Under the pieces are notes generated by a model. It ran no database searches. It was not told the DNA's origin and saw only the letters and a program-made list of their open reading frames with translations. A stretch of DNA of 32,122 nt from an uncultured cyanobacterium (GTDB taxonomy: Bacteria; Cyanobacteriota; Cyanobacteriia; Leptolyngbyales; Leptolyngbyaceae), in assembly GCA_963766075.1 (NCBI GenBank), contig CAVYAN010000114.1, positions 1-32,122 of the forward strand, in the 5' to 3' direction. Below are positions 7,899 to 18,598 of this stretch, one piece after another (the first letter of the stretch is position 1; every line of letters starts with the position of its first letter). Position numbers and translations under genes: made by a program.

Positions 7899-8348
7899 TT
7901 AGGGATTGGCCGCTTGGGCTGCCAGCAATTGCTTCAGTTTTTCCAAATCCTGGGCCCAGCGGGGATCAGGCTGTACGCTTTCGGTGTCAGTGGTGGCACT
8001 TTTCCGGGCTTTGCCGTTGCCGTTGCTGCTTTTCTTGCCGCTGCGATTACCCACGGCGGGCGCGGTGCTCTGGGAAGCCTCATCATCCCCGTCTTCCTTG
8101 GCTCGGGGCTGAGCCCGTTCAATTTTGAGGGTGGCTTCCTTTAATTGAAAGCCATTGAATTTTTCGATGACTTCGTCGGCTTCTTCTTCACTTTTGACGG
8201 TGACGAAGCCGAAACCGCGACATTTATTGGTTTTGCGATCGGTGATGATTTTAGTCGATAGGGTACTGCCGGAGTCGGCGAATACAGCTTCGAGTTCTTG
8301 ACGGCTTAAATCTTCGGGTAAATTGCCAACATAAAGACGAACAGACAT
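7899..8348 (-). CDS. rbp3: RRM RNA-binding protein, class II (Rbp3/RbpG type)
   Basis: RNP2 LYVGNL, RNP1 RGFGFVTV, long C-terminal tail with the PDPRWA motif; GGAGG RBS. Confidence 0.85.
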   Translation of the reverse strand: MSVRLYVGNLPEDLSRQELEAVFADSGSTLSTKIITDRKTNKCRGFGFVTVKSEEEADEVIEKFNGFQLKEATLKIERAQPRAKEDGDDEASQSTAPAVGNRSGKKSSNGNGKARKSATTDTESVQPDPRWAQDLEKLKQLLAAQAANP

Positions 8349-8632
8349 GGCTAAACAAACCTCCAGGTGTGTGATTCAAACTAACAGCGTTGAACGACCG
8401 CAGGACTCCCAAGCTACCTTCACCGTTGATGCCAAAATCCATGCTCCCATTGAATGGAAAGGACAACGGCGACGGAATAGACTAGGTATGACTAGAGGAT
8501 TGAGGACGAGCATTTTTTCGTAGAGACTTCTAGCAGAATTTTTATGCCATCCATTAAGGTATCACGGAGGCTGGGGCTTAACCTAGGTATAACCAAGGGA
8601 TACTCAAATTCAGCCTGGAGTGGACGTATTCC

Positions 8633-8703
8633 CAGAACTTCGGCTCAGAACTCCGGCCTAGAACTTCGGCCCGGAACTCTGATCCGGAACTCTGATCCAG
8701 AAC
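8633..8703. repeat. 13-bp-period tandem repeat, about 5.5 units
   Basis: CAGAACTTCGGCT / CAGAACTCCGGCC / TAGAACTTCGGCC / CGGAACTCTGATC / CGGAACTCTGATC / CAGAAC. Confidence 0.85.
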
Positions 8704-8795
8704 CGTTTCTTGGCGGTAGGTTCCGGAGGCGTGTTCACACGGCACCGCCGAGGATTGGCAGATGCAAGATTTATCCTATCCCAAACGTTGCATTA

Positions 8796-10331
8796 TTATC
8801 CCAAACATCGCATTGCTTCTAGCAGTCCGCGGGCCTTATTCAGGGTCTCTTCGTATTCCTGGGTGGGGATAGAGTCAGCGACTAGTCCCGCGCCAGCTTG
8901 CACGCTGACGGTATGTTTGCCGTTGCCGCGATTGCGAACCACCATGGTCCGAATGGCGATCGCGGTGTTCAACTGTCCCTCAAAGTCATAGAAGCCATAT
9001 ACCCCAGAGTATGGACCCCGCCGACAGGGTTCCAGCTCGTGAATAATTTGCATGGCACGAATTTTAGGGGCACCGCTGACGGTTCCCGCTGGGAAGCACG
9101 CCTTCAGCAAATCCCAGGCGGTTTTATCGGGGGACAATTGTCCGACCACGTTGCTGACGATATGCATGACATGGGAGTAGCGCTCAATCACCATTAGCTC
9201 ATCCACGGTGACGGTGCCGTTGATGCAGACCCGCCCCAAATCGTTGCGGCCCAGGTCTACGAGCATGACATGTTCGGCAATTTCCTTGGGATCGGCCAAC
9301 AAATCCGCGGCTAGGGCGGCATCTTCCTGAGCAGTGGCCCCGCGCTTGCGCGTTCCCGCGATCGGGCGTACTGTGGCCACCATGGGTTCCCCAGGATGGC
9401 TGGATTTCTCTGCCTTGACCATCACCTCGGGACTGGAGCCAATAATCTGCCAATCCTTAAAATTGAAATAGGCCATGTAGGGAGAGGGGTTAATCAACCG
9501 CAGCGAGCGATAGAGGGCAAAGGGATCGCCCACGTAGTCTGCCATCAACCGTTGCGACATGACCACCTGGAAGATATCGCCGGCCAGGATATGATCCTTG
9601 GCCCGTTCGACATTGGTACAGTATTGCTCTGGCGTGAAATTGCTGCTGTAGGCATTGCCGGGGCGCGGTTCTTCTGTGCCGGGAGGGGTCCAGGCCAGTA
9701 AGCGGGCTTGCTCGGATAGGGGCGATCGCAGCTTCGCCACCAGTTGGGAGACGCGATCGCAGGCGTGCTGGTAAGCCTGCTCCACGCTGGTGGTGGGGTC
9801 TTGCAGATTGGCATAGGCGATCGCCCACACCTTACGCTTTACCTGGTCAAAAATGAGCAAATTGTCCACCTGCATCCACAGGCCATCGGGCAAATCGTCT
9901 GCTGTGGCCGGATACACCGGGACTCGGGGTTCAATCCAGTGGATTAACTCGTAGCCCCAAAATCCAAACAGGCCGCCAATTCCCGGTGGTAACTGGGGCA
10001 GCTTTACGGGGTGGTAGGGGGCTAAACAGTTGGCTAGCACGGGGAAGGGATCGCCTTCAAACACCTCTACGGTGCCATCCCGGTGGGTCTGGGTGGTGCG
10101 ATCGCCTTTGGCCTCCAAGACCCACAGGGGATCACAGCCCAGGAAGCTATACCGTCCTAGATTCTCGCCGCCTTCAATTGACTCTAATAAAAAGCTGTAG
10201 GGCTGGCCCGCGCAGACCCGATACCACGCTGACACGGGTGTATCCAAATCTGCCACCCATTCCTGGTACACGGGCACAAAGTTACCCTGTTTTGCCAACT
10301 CAGAAAACTGGGAAAAGTCAGGAAAAATCAT
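8796..10331 (-). CDS. trpE: Anthranilate synthase component I
   Basis: MIFPDFSQF...DLDTPVSAW...SFLLESIEGGENLGRYSF, GDIFQVV, INPSPYM, GSSPE, RPIAGTR, AEHVMLVDLGRND, PAGTVSGAPKIRAM. Start set at ATG 10331. Confidence 0.97.
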   Translation of the reverse strand: MIFPDFSQFSELAKQGNFVPVYQEWVADLDTPVSAWYRVCAGQPYSFLLESIEGGENLGRYSFLGCDPLWVLEAKGDRTTQTHRDGTVEVFEGDPFPVLANCLAPYHPVKLPQLPPGIGGLFGFWGYELIHWIEPRVPVYPATADDLPDGLWMQVDNLLIFDQVKRKVWAIAYANLQDPTTSVEQAYQHACDRVSQLVAKLRSPLSEQARLLAWTPPGTEEPRPGNAYSSNFTPEQYCTNVERAKDHILAGDIFQVVMSQRLMADYVGDPFALYRSLRLINPSPYMAYFNFKDWQIIGSSPEVMVKAEKSSHPGEPMVATVRPIAGTRKRGATAQEDAALAADLLADPKEIAEHVMLVDLGRNDLGRVCINGTVTVDELMVIERYSHVMHIVSNVVGQLSPDKTAWDLLKACFPAGTVSGAPKIRAMQIIHELEPCRRGPYSGVYGFYDFEGQLNTAIAIRTMVVRNRGNGKHTVSVQAGAGLVADSIPTQEYEETLNKARGLLEAMRCLG

Positions 10332-10401
10332 AGGAATGGGCGATCGGGGACAGAGAGAAACCGCAGGGTTAATTCGCGTGATTAATTGGCGCGAGTATTC
10401 G

Positions 10402-10407
10402 ATTATA
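10402..10407 (-). promoter_or_regulatory. Candidate -10 box (TATAAT) for trpE
   Basis: Perfect TATAAT on the minus strand about 70 nt upstream of the trpE start. Confidence 0.45.
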
Positions 10408-10604
10408 AAGGTAGCGGCGGCGATTACTGCGCCTTCTCCGGCAGGAGGATTTTGGCACGTCACTCAGGTCCTCGCTTGGCCCTGCGGCGGAGGCGATCGC
10501 CCCGGTGTCGAGGTGATCGTTTCAAGAAGATATGGTAAAAACCCAGGCTATTCCTCGATCTGGACGAAATGACCGGGATACAACGGAGGAACACACGGCA
10601 TTGG

Positions 10605-10685
10605 CCTAAATGATTCAGCGGGCTACATTACCTAAATGATTCAGCGGGCTACATTATTCAAAGGGGCACAATTCAAAGGGGCACA
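10605..10685. repeat. Two adjacent perfect tandem duplications (26 bp x2 and 15 bp x2)
   Basis: CCTAAATGATTCAGCGGGCTACATTA at 10605-10630 and 10631-10656; ATTCAAAGGGGCACA at 10656-10670 and 10671-10685. Confidence 0.9.
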
Positions 10686-10931
10686 GGAGCAGCGGGCTTA
10701 AGATCCGGCCAAATTAAAAGGTTGCGGCGGTCACGCTGTTAGGCCCGTCAAGGTTGGCATTGTCTGCATGGGTTCGGGGTGCATGGGTTCGGGATAAGCC
10801 GTTGCCAATTTCCGTTGCAAATTTATCAAGGAGTGGGTGCTTTGGGTTCGGGTAAGAAAACTGTGGGAATAAATGATCCAGCGGTAGTGATTCCACGGCG
10901 GATCAGGTGGTGCGGTGTATGGCGGCGCGAA

Positions 10932-11378
10932 ATGGCGCGATGGAGTGCGATCGCTTTGATCGTGGGATTCACCGTCAGTTGCGCTCGAATCAGTAACCCC
11001 TTTGGTAAGCCCAGTCGGGAGACGTTGGAGTCTTCGGTTCCTGCCAATATTGCCAATTCTGCCTTTGGATCGGAGCAGAGCCGCATGGCCCTGGCCGAAC
11101 ACTTAACGGCATCGGGAGCAAAACTATACAGTACGTTTTGGTGCCCCTATTGCCGCAAGCAGGAACAAATGTTTGGGGCGGCAATGGCCAAGCTGCCCTC
11201 AGTGGAATGCGACCCCGAAGGCAAAAATTCTCAGACGGCCCTGTGTCGGCAGGCGGGGGTGAGTGGATTTCCCTCCTGGGAAGTGAAGGGCAAACTCTAT
11301 CCGGGGCTGCGATCGCCCGATGAACTGGCCCATCTTTCGGGCTATACCGGACCGCGAGATGCGGGGAAGGTGAAGTAA
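10932..11378 (+). CDS. Exported (possible lipoprotein) thioredoxin-like protein homologous to the Trx domain of cyanobacterial VKOR-Trx (SynDsbAB/LTO1)
   Basis: Signal MARWSAIALIVGFTVSC; ALAEHL..GAKLYSTFWCPYC..Q..FG....VECDP.G......C...GVSGFPSW...G..YPG......LA.LSGY. Start set at ATG 10932. Confidence 0.85.
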   Translation: MARWSAIALIVGFTVSCARISNPFGKPSRETLESSVPANIANSAFGSEQSRMALAEHLTASGAKLYSTFWCPYCRKQEQMFGAAMAKLPSVECDPEGKNSQTALCRQAGVSGFPSWEVKGKLYPGLRSPDELAHLSGYTGPRDAGKVK

Positions 11379-11385
11379 GGCTGAA

Positions 11386-11413
11386 TTCAAAATTAAAAGT
11401 GAAAAATTAAAAA
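11386..11413. repeat. STRR-like heptamer repeat
   Basis: TTCAAAA TTAAAAG TGAAAAA TTAAAAA. Confidence 0.55.
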
Positions 11414-11470
11414 CCGGACTACTCGTCAATCCTTGTCCTGATTACCGCTGGAAAATCGCCAAAATCGCCT

Positions 11471-12343
11471 ATGCTTCGCCGTTTCCTGTTTACACCTTGG
11501 CTGTCCTTTGTTTTACTCCTAGTGGGCACCAGCGCCCTGATTGTGGGGGGCAATCAGTTCAGCCAAAGTGCCTTGTATCAGATGGTGGCGGACCTCAGTT
11601 TTGCCCTAGGCGATGCCTACGAGCAGTGGTTTCAGCACCAGTCGGTGAGCCATCCCGTGGTCCTGGTGGGGCTCTCCTTTGTGGGCGGCGTGGCGGCCAG
11701 TATTTCCCCCTGTATTCTGTCGATGCTGCCGGTGAACCTGAGCTATATCGGCACCTGTGACATTACCTCGCGCCGCGATGCCCTGCTAAAAGCCAGTGCC
11801 TTTGTGCTGGGTGTCGTCACGGTTCTGAGTATTTTGGGACTGTTTTCCGCGCTGGCATCGTTGATTTTGGTTCAGTTTAAGGGGTATTTTCATCTGGCGG
11901 TGGGTTTGTTGATTGTGGTGATGGCGCTGAGTTTAGTGGGCTGGATTCATCTACCTCTGCCGCGGTTTGCTGGGAAGGGGCAGTCTTTGCCGACTCCTGC
12001 AGGCACGCAAGGATGGCTGGGGATTACAGGTCCGTATAGTGTGGGGTTGACCTTTGCGTTAATCAGTTCTCCCTGCACCAGCCCGATTATGTTTGCGGTG
12101 CTGGCGGCGGCAGCGGCTTCTGGGTCAGAGCTTTACAGCACCCTAGCCATGGTCAGCTATGCCTTGGGATATACGGCGATTATCTTTTTTGCCAGTTTAT
12201 CGGCGGGATTAGTGAAGCAAAGTCGGGGACTGTTGCAGCGATCGCACCTGATTCTGCGTTTTGCTAGTTTCAGCTTGCTGCTGATGGGCGGATTTTATTT
12301 GGTGAGTGGTGCCCGCTGGATTGTAGCGGTGTGGAGTCGGTAA
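11471..12343 (+). CDS. ccdA: CcdA/DsbD-family transmembrane electron transporter (ccdA paralogue)
   Basis: Multiple TM helices with the two redox motifs SISPCILSMLP and SSPCTSP, plus YALG. Confidence 0.85.
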   Translation: MLRRFLFTPWLSFVLLLVGTSALIVGGNQFSQSALYQMVADLSFALGDAYEQWFQHQSVSHPVVLVGLSFVGGVAASISPCILSMLPVNLSYIGTCDITSRRDALLKASAFVLGVVTVLSILGLFSALASLILVQFKGYFHLAVGLLIVVMALSLVGWIHLPLPRFAGKGQSLPTPAGTQGWLGITGPYSVGLTFALISSPCTSPIMFAVLAAAAASGSELYSTLAMVSYALGYTAIIFFASLSAGLVKQSRGLLQRSHLILRFASFSLLLMGGFYLVSGARWIVAVWSR

Positions 12344-12684
12344 ATTTGCAGATGTGGATAGGAATGGCAGCGTCGAGTTGATTTTGGCTTGATAAAGGTT
12401 TGCAAAAATCCAGGTCATTAGCCTCCTCCCTGTGGAGAAACAAGTATTACTGCACGGAGTATCTTTGGGCTGGCGTTTATGCTCAGGGTGAGTCCGCCGT
12501 GCGGTGTGTGTGGGCTGGGGACAGAGGGCAACAGGCTGGGATAGGGCTGTCATGGGCTGCTGCCATGACGGGCTGCTGTTGCTGCGGTGTGAACGTAATA
12601 TTTGGTGAATGATTCCCTTTCGGGTAAAAGTTTGGTTGGATAGAAGGATGCCGTTTTAATGACCTAGCGTAGTGGTGTAAGTGA

Positions 12685-13809
12685 GTGAAGACCATTCCCC
12701 CGTTTGACGTATCCGAGCAATACAAATTAATTGGTACAGAAATTAATGCCGTAGTTTCGGATGTACTGGCTTCTGGGCGCTACATTGGTGGCCCTGTCGT
12801 GGAAAACTTTGAGCAGGAGTTTGGCCGCTATGTGGGCACTCGCCAGTGCATTGCCTGCAATTCTGGGACGGATGCGCTGTATTTGGCTCTGCGGGCGTTG
12901 AACATTGGTGCGGGCGATGAAGTGATCACTACCCCGTTTACCTTCATTGCTACGGCAGAAACGATTAGCATGGTCCAGGCCACGCCGGTGTTTGTGGATA
13001 TTGATGCCACGACGTTTAATCTGGATTTGGATCAACTGGCGGCGGCGATTACTCCCCGGACGAAGGCGATTATTCCGGTACATTTGTTTGGGCAGCCGCT
13101 GGATATGACGCGACTGATGGCGATCGCGCAGGCCCACAATCTCTATGTGATTGAAGACTGTGCCCAGGCCACGGGGGCCAGATGGGCGGATCAGCGGGTG
13201 GGCAGTATCGGGCAGGTGGGTTGTTTTAGCTTCTATCCCACTAAAAATTTGGGGGCCTGCGGAGACGGTGGGGCTGTAACCACGAATGATCCAGAGATTG
13301 CGGCCCAAATTAAAATGCTGCGGGATCATGGCCGTCGGAGTGGCTATTATCACGAAGTTCCGGGTGTGAATAGTCGGCTGGATACAGTACAGGCTGCTAT
13401 TCTCCAGATTAAACTCCGCTATCTCGATCAGTGGAATCAGCAGCGCCAGGTAGCTGCCGATCGCTATCACACCTGGTTAAGTCCTGTGCCAGGAATTGTG
13501 TGTCCCACGGCGATCGCGGGTGGCACGAGTGTCTGGAATCAATATACGATCCGTATTGTCGATGCTATGGGGACGGGCGATCGTCGCGATCAAGTTCGGC
13601 AAATGATGCTGTCTCGGGGGGTAACTGCCATGGTTTACTATCCCCTCTCTTTACATCTACAGCCGATTTACAAGCATTTGGGCCATGCGATCGGACAGTT
13701 TCCTGTGGCCGAGCGGGCTTCCCACGAGGTTCTGTCCCTATCGATGTTTCCTGAAATTACCCCAGAACAACAGGAACAAGTCGTGCATACCCTCAAGGAT
13801 TGCTTGTAG
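12685..13809 (+). CDS. DegT/DnrJ/EryC1/StrS-family PLP-dependent aminotransferase
   Basis: CNSGTDAL, EVITTPFTFIAT, AIIPVHLFGQ, IEDCAQATG, FSFYPTKNLGACGDGG, NSRLD. Confidence 0.95.
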   Translation: MKTIPPFDVSEQYKLIGTEINAVVSDVLASGRYIGGPVVENFEQEFGRYVGTRQCIACNSGTDALYLALRALNIGAGDEVITTPFTFIATAETISMVQATPVFVDIDATTFNLDLDQLAAAITPRTKAIIPVHLFGQPLDMTRLMAIAQAHNLYVIEDCAQATGARWADQRVGSIGQVGCFSFYPTKNLGACGDGGAVTTNDPEIAAQIKMLRDHGRRSGYYHEVPGVNSRLDTVQAAILQIKLRYLDQWNQQRQVAADRYHTWLSPVPGIVCPTAIAGGTSVWNQYTIRIVDAMGTGDRRDQVRQMMLSRGVTAMVYYPLSLHLQPIYKHLGHAIGQFPVAERASHEVLSLSMFPEITPEQQEQVVHTLKDCL

Positions 13810-13815
13810 CCGCGA

Positions 13816-13849
13816 GACCCCGGAGTGCTAGAACTCAGAACTCCGGGTC
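13816..13849. terminator. Hairpin between convergent aminotransferase and por genes
   Basis: GACCCCGGAGT...ACTCCGGGTC imperfect stem. Confidence 0.45.
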
Positions 13850-13857
13850 CTGAATTT

Positions 13858-14841
<984 letters not shown>

Positions 14842-14994
14842 CTATTAACCGTGGCGGCGAAGAGCACACCGCTTTTATATTACCGAGACGCGGTAACGGC
14901 TGTGGCTTTGCAACATGAACGTAACACCTGTGGGCAGGTTGCTAAAAAGGGGGCTGGTGAACTGTCAAGCACCGAGTCAGAAAGCGAGTGCTGA

Positions 14995-15028
14995 ATAAAA
15001 AACGGAACTGGTGGTCACCAGTCCCGTT
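14995..15028 (-). terminator. Intrinsic terminator of the sigma factor gene
   Basis: Minus strand AACGGGACTGGTG-AC-CACCAGTTCCGTT followed by a T-rich tail. Confidence 0.75.
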
Positions 15029-15064
15029 GCTTTGGGGAATCAGTCTTTATAACTATGCTTTGAA

Positions 15065-16156
15065 CTATTTAACCCAGTCTTTTAAGAGGGCTTGTCGTCG
15101 CGGATGGCGTAGTTTCCGCATGGCTTTGGCTTGAATTTGCCGTACCCGTTCGCGAGACATGTCATAGATTTCACCGATTTCGGTGAGGGTGTAGTGTTGG
15201 CCGTCGGTAAGGCCAAAGCGCAGCTTGATGATCTCCCGCTCCCGATCGCTCAAATGTTCGAGGACGGAATTGAGGCGATCGCACAACAGCTTGTGATCCA
15301 GATTCTCATTGGGGGCGACGTTATCGGTATCCTCAATCAACTGCATCAGTTCGGTGTCTTCTTCTCGCCCGACCCAGGCGTGCAACGATAGGGTGCCTTG
15401 GCTGACATCAAGGACTTGCTCTAGCTTGTCCTCGTCAATGTCCAAGGCTTTGGCCAGTTCGGCCTTGGTGGGCTTGCGCCCGAGTTGTTGAGAAAGGACC
15501 TGCCGCGCTTTCCGGACTTGGTTCAGCTTTTCAACCATGTGAACCGGCAGGCGCACCGTCCGGGATTGGGAGGCGATCGCCCGCGTAATCCCTTGCCGAA
15601 TCCACCAGTAGGCATAGGTCGAGAACTTGTAGCCCCGTTCGTAATCGAATTTTTCGGCGGCTCGCATCAGTCCCATCGAGCCTTCCTGAATCAGATCCAA
15701 AAAGGGCACGCCTCGATTCAGATATTTTTTGGCAATGGATACAACCAATCGGAGGTTGGAGCGGACTAAGCGCCGTTTTGCAGCTTCACCCTTGGTGCCG
15801 CCCTTGGCAATTTCCCGGGCCAGTTCAATCTCCTGTGCCTGGGTCAATAGGGGATAGCGTGCCATTTCGCGTAGAAATAGCCCCACAGAATCATCCGTTA
15901 GCCCAAAACGATCCGCATCTGTAGCTTTGGCGGAAAAACGGGCTGAACTCGAAACGCCTTCTTCTTCAATCCCAGGGGCATCAATATCAATAAGATCGTC
16001 TGGCAGGTCTGAACCGGATAAATCTGAACCATCATCTAAACCCGCTGCGATCGCCGAAAAATCCTCAAGATCCTCTGAGAAATTAATCATTGGATCTAGA
16101 TCTACGGCGGCAATCACATCCATTTCAATTGGGTTAGACGGAACTTTTGCACTCAT
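15065..16156 (-). CDS. RpoD-family (group 2-like) sigma-70 factor with acidic N-terminus
   Basis: Region 1.2 [17 protein letters not shown]; region 2 [45 protein letters not shown]; region 4 TLTEIG...[19 protein letters not shown]. Confidence 0.93.
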   Translation of the reverse strand: MSAKVPSNPIEMDVIAAVDLDPMINFSEDLEDFSAIAAGLDDGSDLSGSDLPDDLIDIDAPGIEEEGVSSSARFSAKATDADRFGLTDDSVGLFLREMARYPLLTQAQEIELAREIAKGGTKGEAAKRRLVRSNLRLVVSIAKKYLNRGVPFLDLIQEGSMGLMRAAEKFDYERGYKFSTYAYWWIRQGITRAIASQSRTVRLPVHMVEKLNQVRKARQVLSQQLGRKPTKAELAKALDIDEDKLEQVLDVSQGTLSLHAWVGREEDTELMQLIEDTDNVAPNENLDHKLLCDRLNSVLEHLSDREREIIKLRFGLTDGQHYTLTEIGEIYDMSRERVRQIQAKAMRKLRHPRRQALLKDWVK

Positions 16157-16983
16157 ACACGCTCACATAATAGTTGTTTAGAAGTGGTTATAGACGCTGT
16201 AAAATTGCCTCCAACTCTAGCAGACTTTTTGTAAAACGCAACCCCCTTTGACAAATATTTTGGTGCTTTCATTTTGATGGGTATTTTGACGGTGCGGCTG
16301 ACCTGGAAAAAGGTCTTTCCAGGGGGGTGAGGAGGTGATGTAGGAGCAGGCTCAAACTTGCCCAATATTCCGAGGAATTTCTGACAGAAACTAACTATGC
16401 AGCAGCCTTCCCCAAAGGCTTTACTAGCCCTGAGCTGCCTGAAAGAACACCAAGAGAAAAATTCCTCTGGCCTAAGTTTCAGCAAAACTTGCCCCAGATC
16501 TGAACACAGCTTCGCTGTCTCAAGATCGAAATGGGGCTCAGTAATTTATCGCGAAATTGATCGGCTATTGAGGATTGATCAGTAGGAGTGATCAATGTAT
16601 GACAACCCTATGGCTTTTACTAATCATTCAAAATTTCCATTGATCAATTTTCCCCCAAAAGCAACCGACGCTATTCTGTCTGAACCGCGTTCTCCAAAAG
16701 TAGAGCAATCCACTCACTGGTTTTAGATCTTCTCAACCGCAGTTGCGGAAAAATTAAACCGCTTAAAGGATGATGCTATGGCTGACCTGTTTACTCAGAA
16801 ACCAGTCAACGAAGCAAAGTCTGCGATTTGTAGATCATCAATTCGCAGCAAGCCCACCGCCTGCAATCAGGTCGGTGAATTGTTCATAATTTTTAATCAA
16901 CTGCCCTGTGCCAGGGCGGGGCTATTGTGCATGGATGTAAAGACGTATTCACGTTTTCCAAGCACCTGCGCGTTCCAGGGTAC

Positions 16984-16989
16984 TATAAT
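16984..16989 (+). promoter_or_regulatory. Candidate -10 box (TATAAT) for the NblB-like gene
   Basis: Perfect TATAAT about 32 nt upstream of GTG 17021. Confidence 0.5.
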
Positions 16990-17020
16990 CTGAGGGATAG
17001 AACATAAATTTTTGTTAAAA

Positions 17021-17710
17021 GTGACACTCTTACCCTTAGAACAAGTTTCGCAGCAACTCGATAGTCCTAATTCGCGCGATCGCCTGTTGGCGCTGGTTTC
17101 TCTTCGGGATGTTCCCCCTGAAGTCGCCGTGCCTTTGATTAAAAAAGTGTTGCAGGACGATAACCTACAGGTGCGATCGATGGCCGTTTTTGCTCTTGGC
17201 CTGAAACCGACTGCGGAATGTCTGCCGTTGCTCCTAGAGATTTTGACCAATGAGCCGGACTACAGTATTCGGGCTGGGGCGGCGGGTGCTTTGGGCTATC
17301 TGCAGGATATTCGGGCTTTTGAGCCCCTGGTACGTACCCTATACGAAGACACGGATTGGTTGGTGCGCTTTAGTGCGGCTGTTTCCTTAGGCAACCTCAA
17401 GGATCAGCGGGCCTACGCCGTGCTGATTCAAGCCTTAAATAGCTCAGAGGTGGTGTTGCACCAAGCCGCGATCGCGGCCCTCGGAGAAATTAAGGCGATC
17501 GCTGCCGTAGACCACATTCTGCGCTTTGCCCAGTCGGAAGACTGGCTGGTTCGGCAACGCCTTGCCGAAGCGTTGGGCAACCTCCCGACCCCCAAGAGTT
17601 TAGCCGCTCTCAAGTATCTGGAGAAAGATAGCCAGCATCAGGTGGCAGAAGCTGCGACCATCTCGCGGCAGCGACTAGAAGCCAGCCCTGGAGAAGCCCT
17701 AAAACTGTAA
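17021..17710 (+). CDS. nblB: PBS-lyase HEAT-repeat protein, NblB-like
   Basis: HEAT repeats (VRSMAVFALG, IRAGAAGALG, WLVRFSAAVSLGNL) and the NblB-type SEDWLVRQRLAEALGNLP. GTG 17021 or TTG 17012 start. Paralogue identity uncertain. Confidence 0.75.
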   Translation: MTLLPLEQVSQQLDSPNSRDRLLALVSLRDVPPEVAVPLIKKVLQDDNLQVRSMAVFALGLKPTAECLPLLLEILTNEPDYSIRAGAAGALGYLQDIRAFEPLVRTLYEDTDWLVRFSAAVSLGNLKDQRAYAVLIQALNSSEVVLHQAAIAALGEIKAIAAVDHILRFAQSEDWLVRQRLAEALGNLPTPKSLAALKYLEKDSQHQVAEAATISRQRLEASPGEALKL

Positions 17711-17798
17711 AGTTGCGCCCCCGCATCACCCGGAGACAAGTGCTGTTAAGTGACCTTGAAAAGTCTCTCCCACAGCAATACGGAGTAGCAAAGACTTT

Positions 17799-17828
17799 TT
17801 TAGTCGTGCGGGGTTTAGTCGTGCGGGG
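17799..17828. repeat. Perfect 15-bp tandem duplication
   Basis: TTTAGTCGTGCGGGG at 17799-17813 and 17814-17828. Confidence 0.9.
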
Positions 17829-17936
17829 TTAGTGGTTACTCTCTTCGGATAAATTCTCCGGCCCTTGGGTTGGAATACCTGCTGGAGCTTGCCCTGTGGG
17901 ACCATATCCTTTCTTTATTTAATGTTTAATTTTGGG

Positions 17937-18359
17937 TTAATTTTGAGCATCGCTTACATTGCCCCGCCTTGCCTTGATCTCCGCTCGTTTACTTTTGCTG
18001 TCTAAGCGTCTGCGCTGTGAACTGCGGGTTGGGCGGCTCGGTTGGCGTTTTTTGGGAACCACAATGGATGCCTGAATGAGATTCTGAAGCCGCTTGAGGG
18101 CATCCTCGCGGTTTTGTTCTTGGCTGCGATGTTCCTGCGCCTTAATCACGATGACCCCGTCCTGAGTAATGCGCTGATCGTTGACTTGGAGCAAGCGGGC
18201 TTTGTATACATCTGGTAAGGATGACGCGTGAATGTTGAATCGGAGGTGGATCGCCGTCGCCACCTTATTTACGTTTTGTCCTCCCGCCCCCTGGGACCGA
18301 ATTGCACTGAGTTCAATTTCGTGATCGGGTATGAAGACTGTCTTGGAAATTTGCAGCAT
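17937..18359 (-). CDS. arfB: Alternative ribosome-rescue peptidyl-tRNA hydrolase ArfB (YaeJ)
   Basis: RSQGAGGQNVNKVATAIHLRF, HRSQEQNREDALKRL and a basic C-terminal tail. Confidence 0.96.
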   Translation of the reverse strand: MLQISKTVFIPDHEIELSAIRSQGAGGQNVNKVATAIHLRFNIHASSLPDVYKARLLQVNDQRITQDGVIVIKAQEHRSQEQNREDALKRLQNLIQASIVVPKKRQPSRPTRSSQRRRLDSKSKRAEIKARRGNVSDAQN

Positions 18360-18598
18360 AGTTCTCGCTGGAGCCTCTCCAAATCATCGCGTATTCTGCT
18401 CCACTCTCAGCATCCCTATTGCTCTCTAGGGATGCTAGATAAAGTTGGCACAAGTCCAGTCTTTAAACCGTCAGAAGGCAGTGGAAAATTAAATTTCTAG
18501 ATTCCCCCCTGCTTCTGCCTTCTGCCTCAATTTGAGGTTGTGTGATTCATTCCAATGAAACTTGCGCGATCGTTCTGGGAAACTCAATGGAGTTCCCT

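Noticed and set aside
10332..10600. trp attenuator leader peptide
   Set aside because: No short Trp-rich ORF or terminator/antiterminator pair seen upstream of trpE.
10605..10685. Possible CRISPR or iteron array
   Set aside because: Only two copies of each unit, no spacers, and no rep gene.
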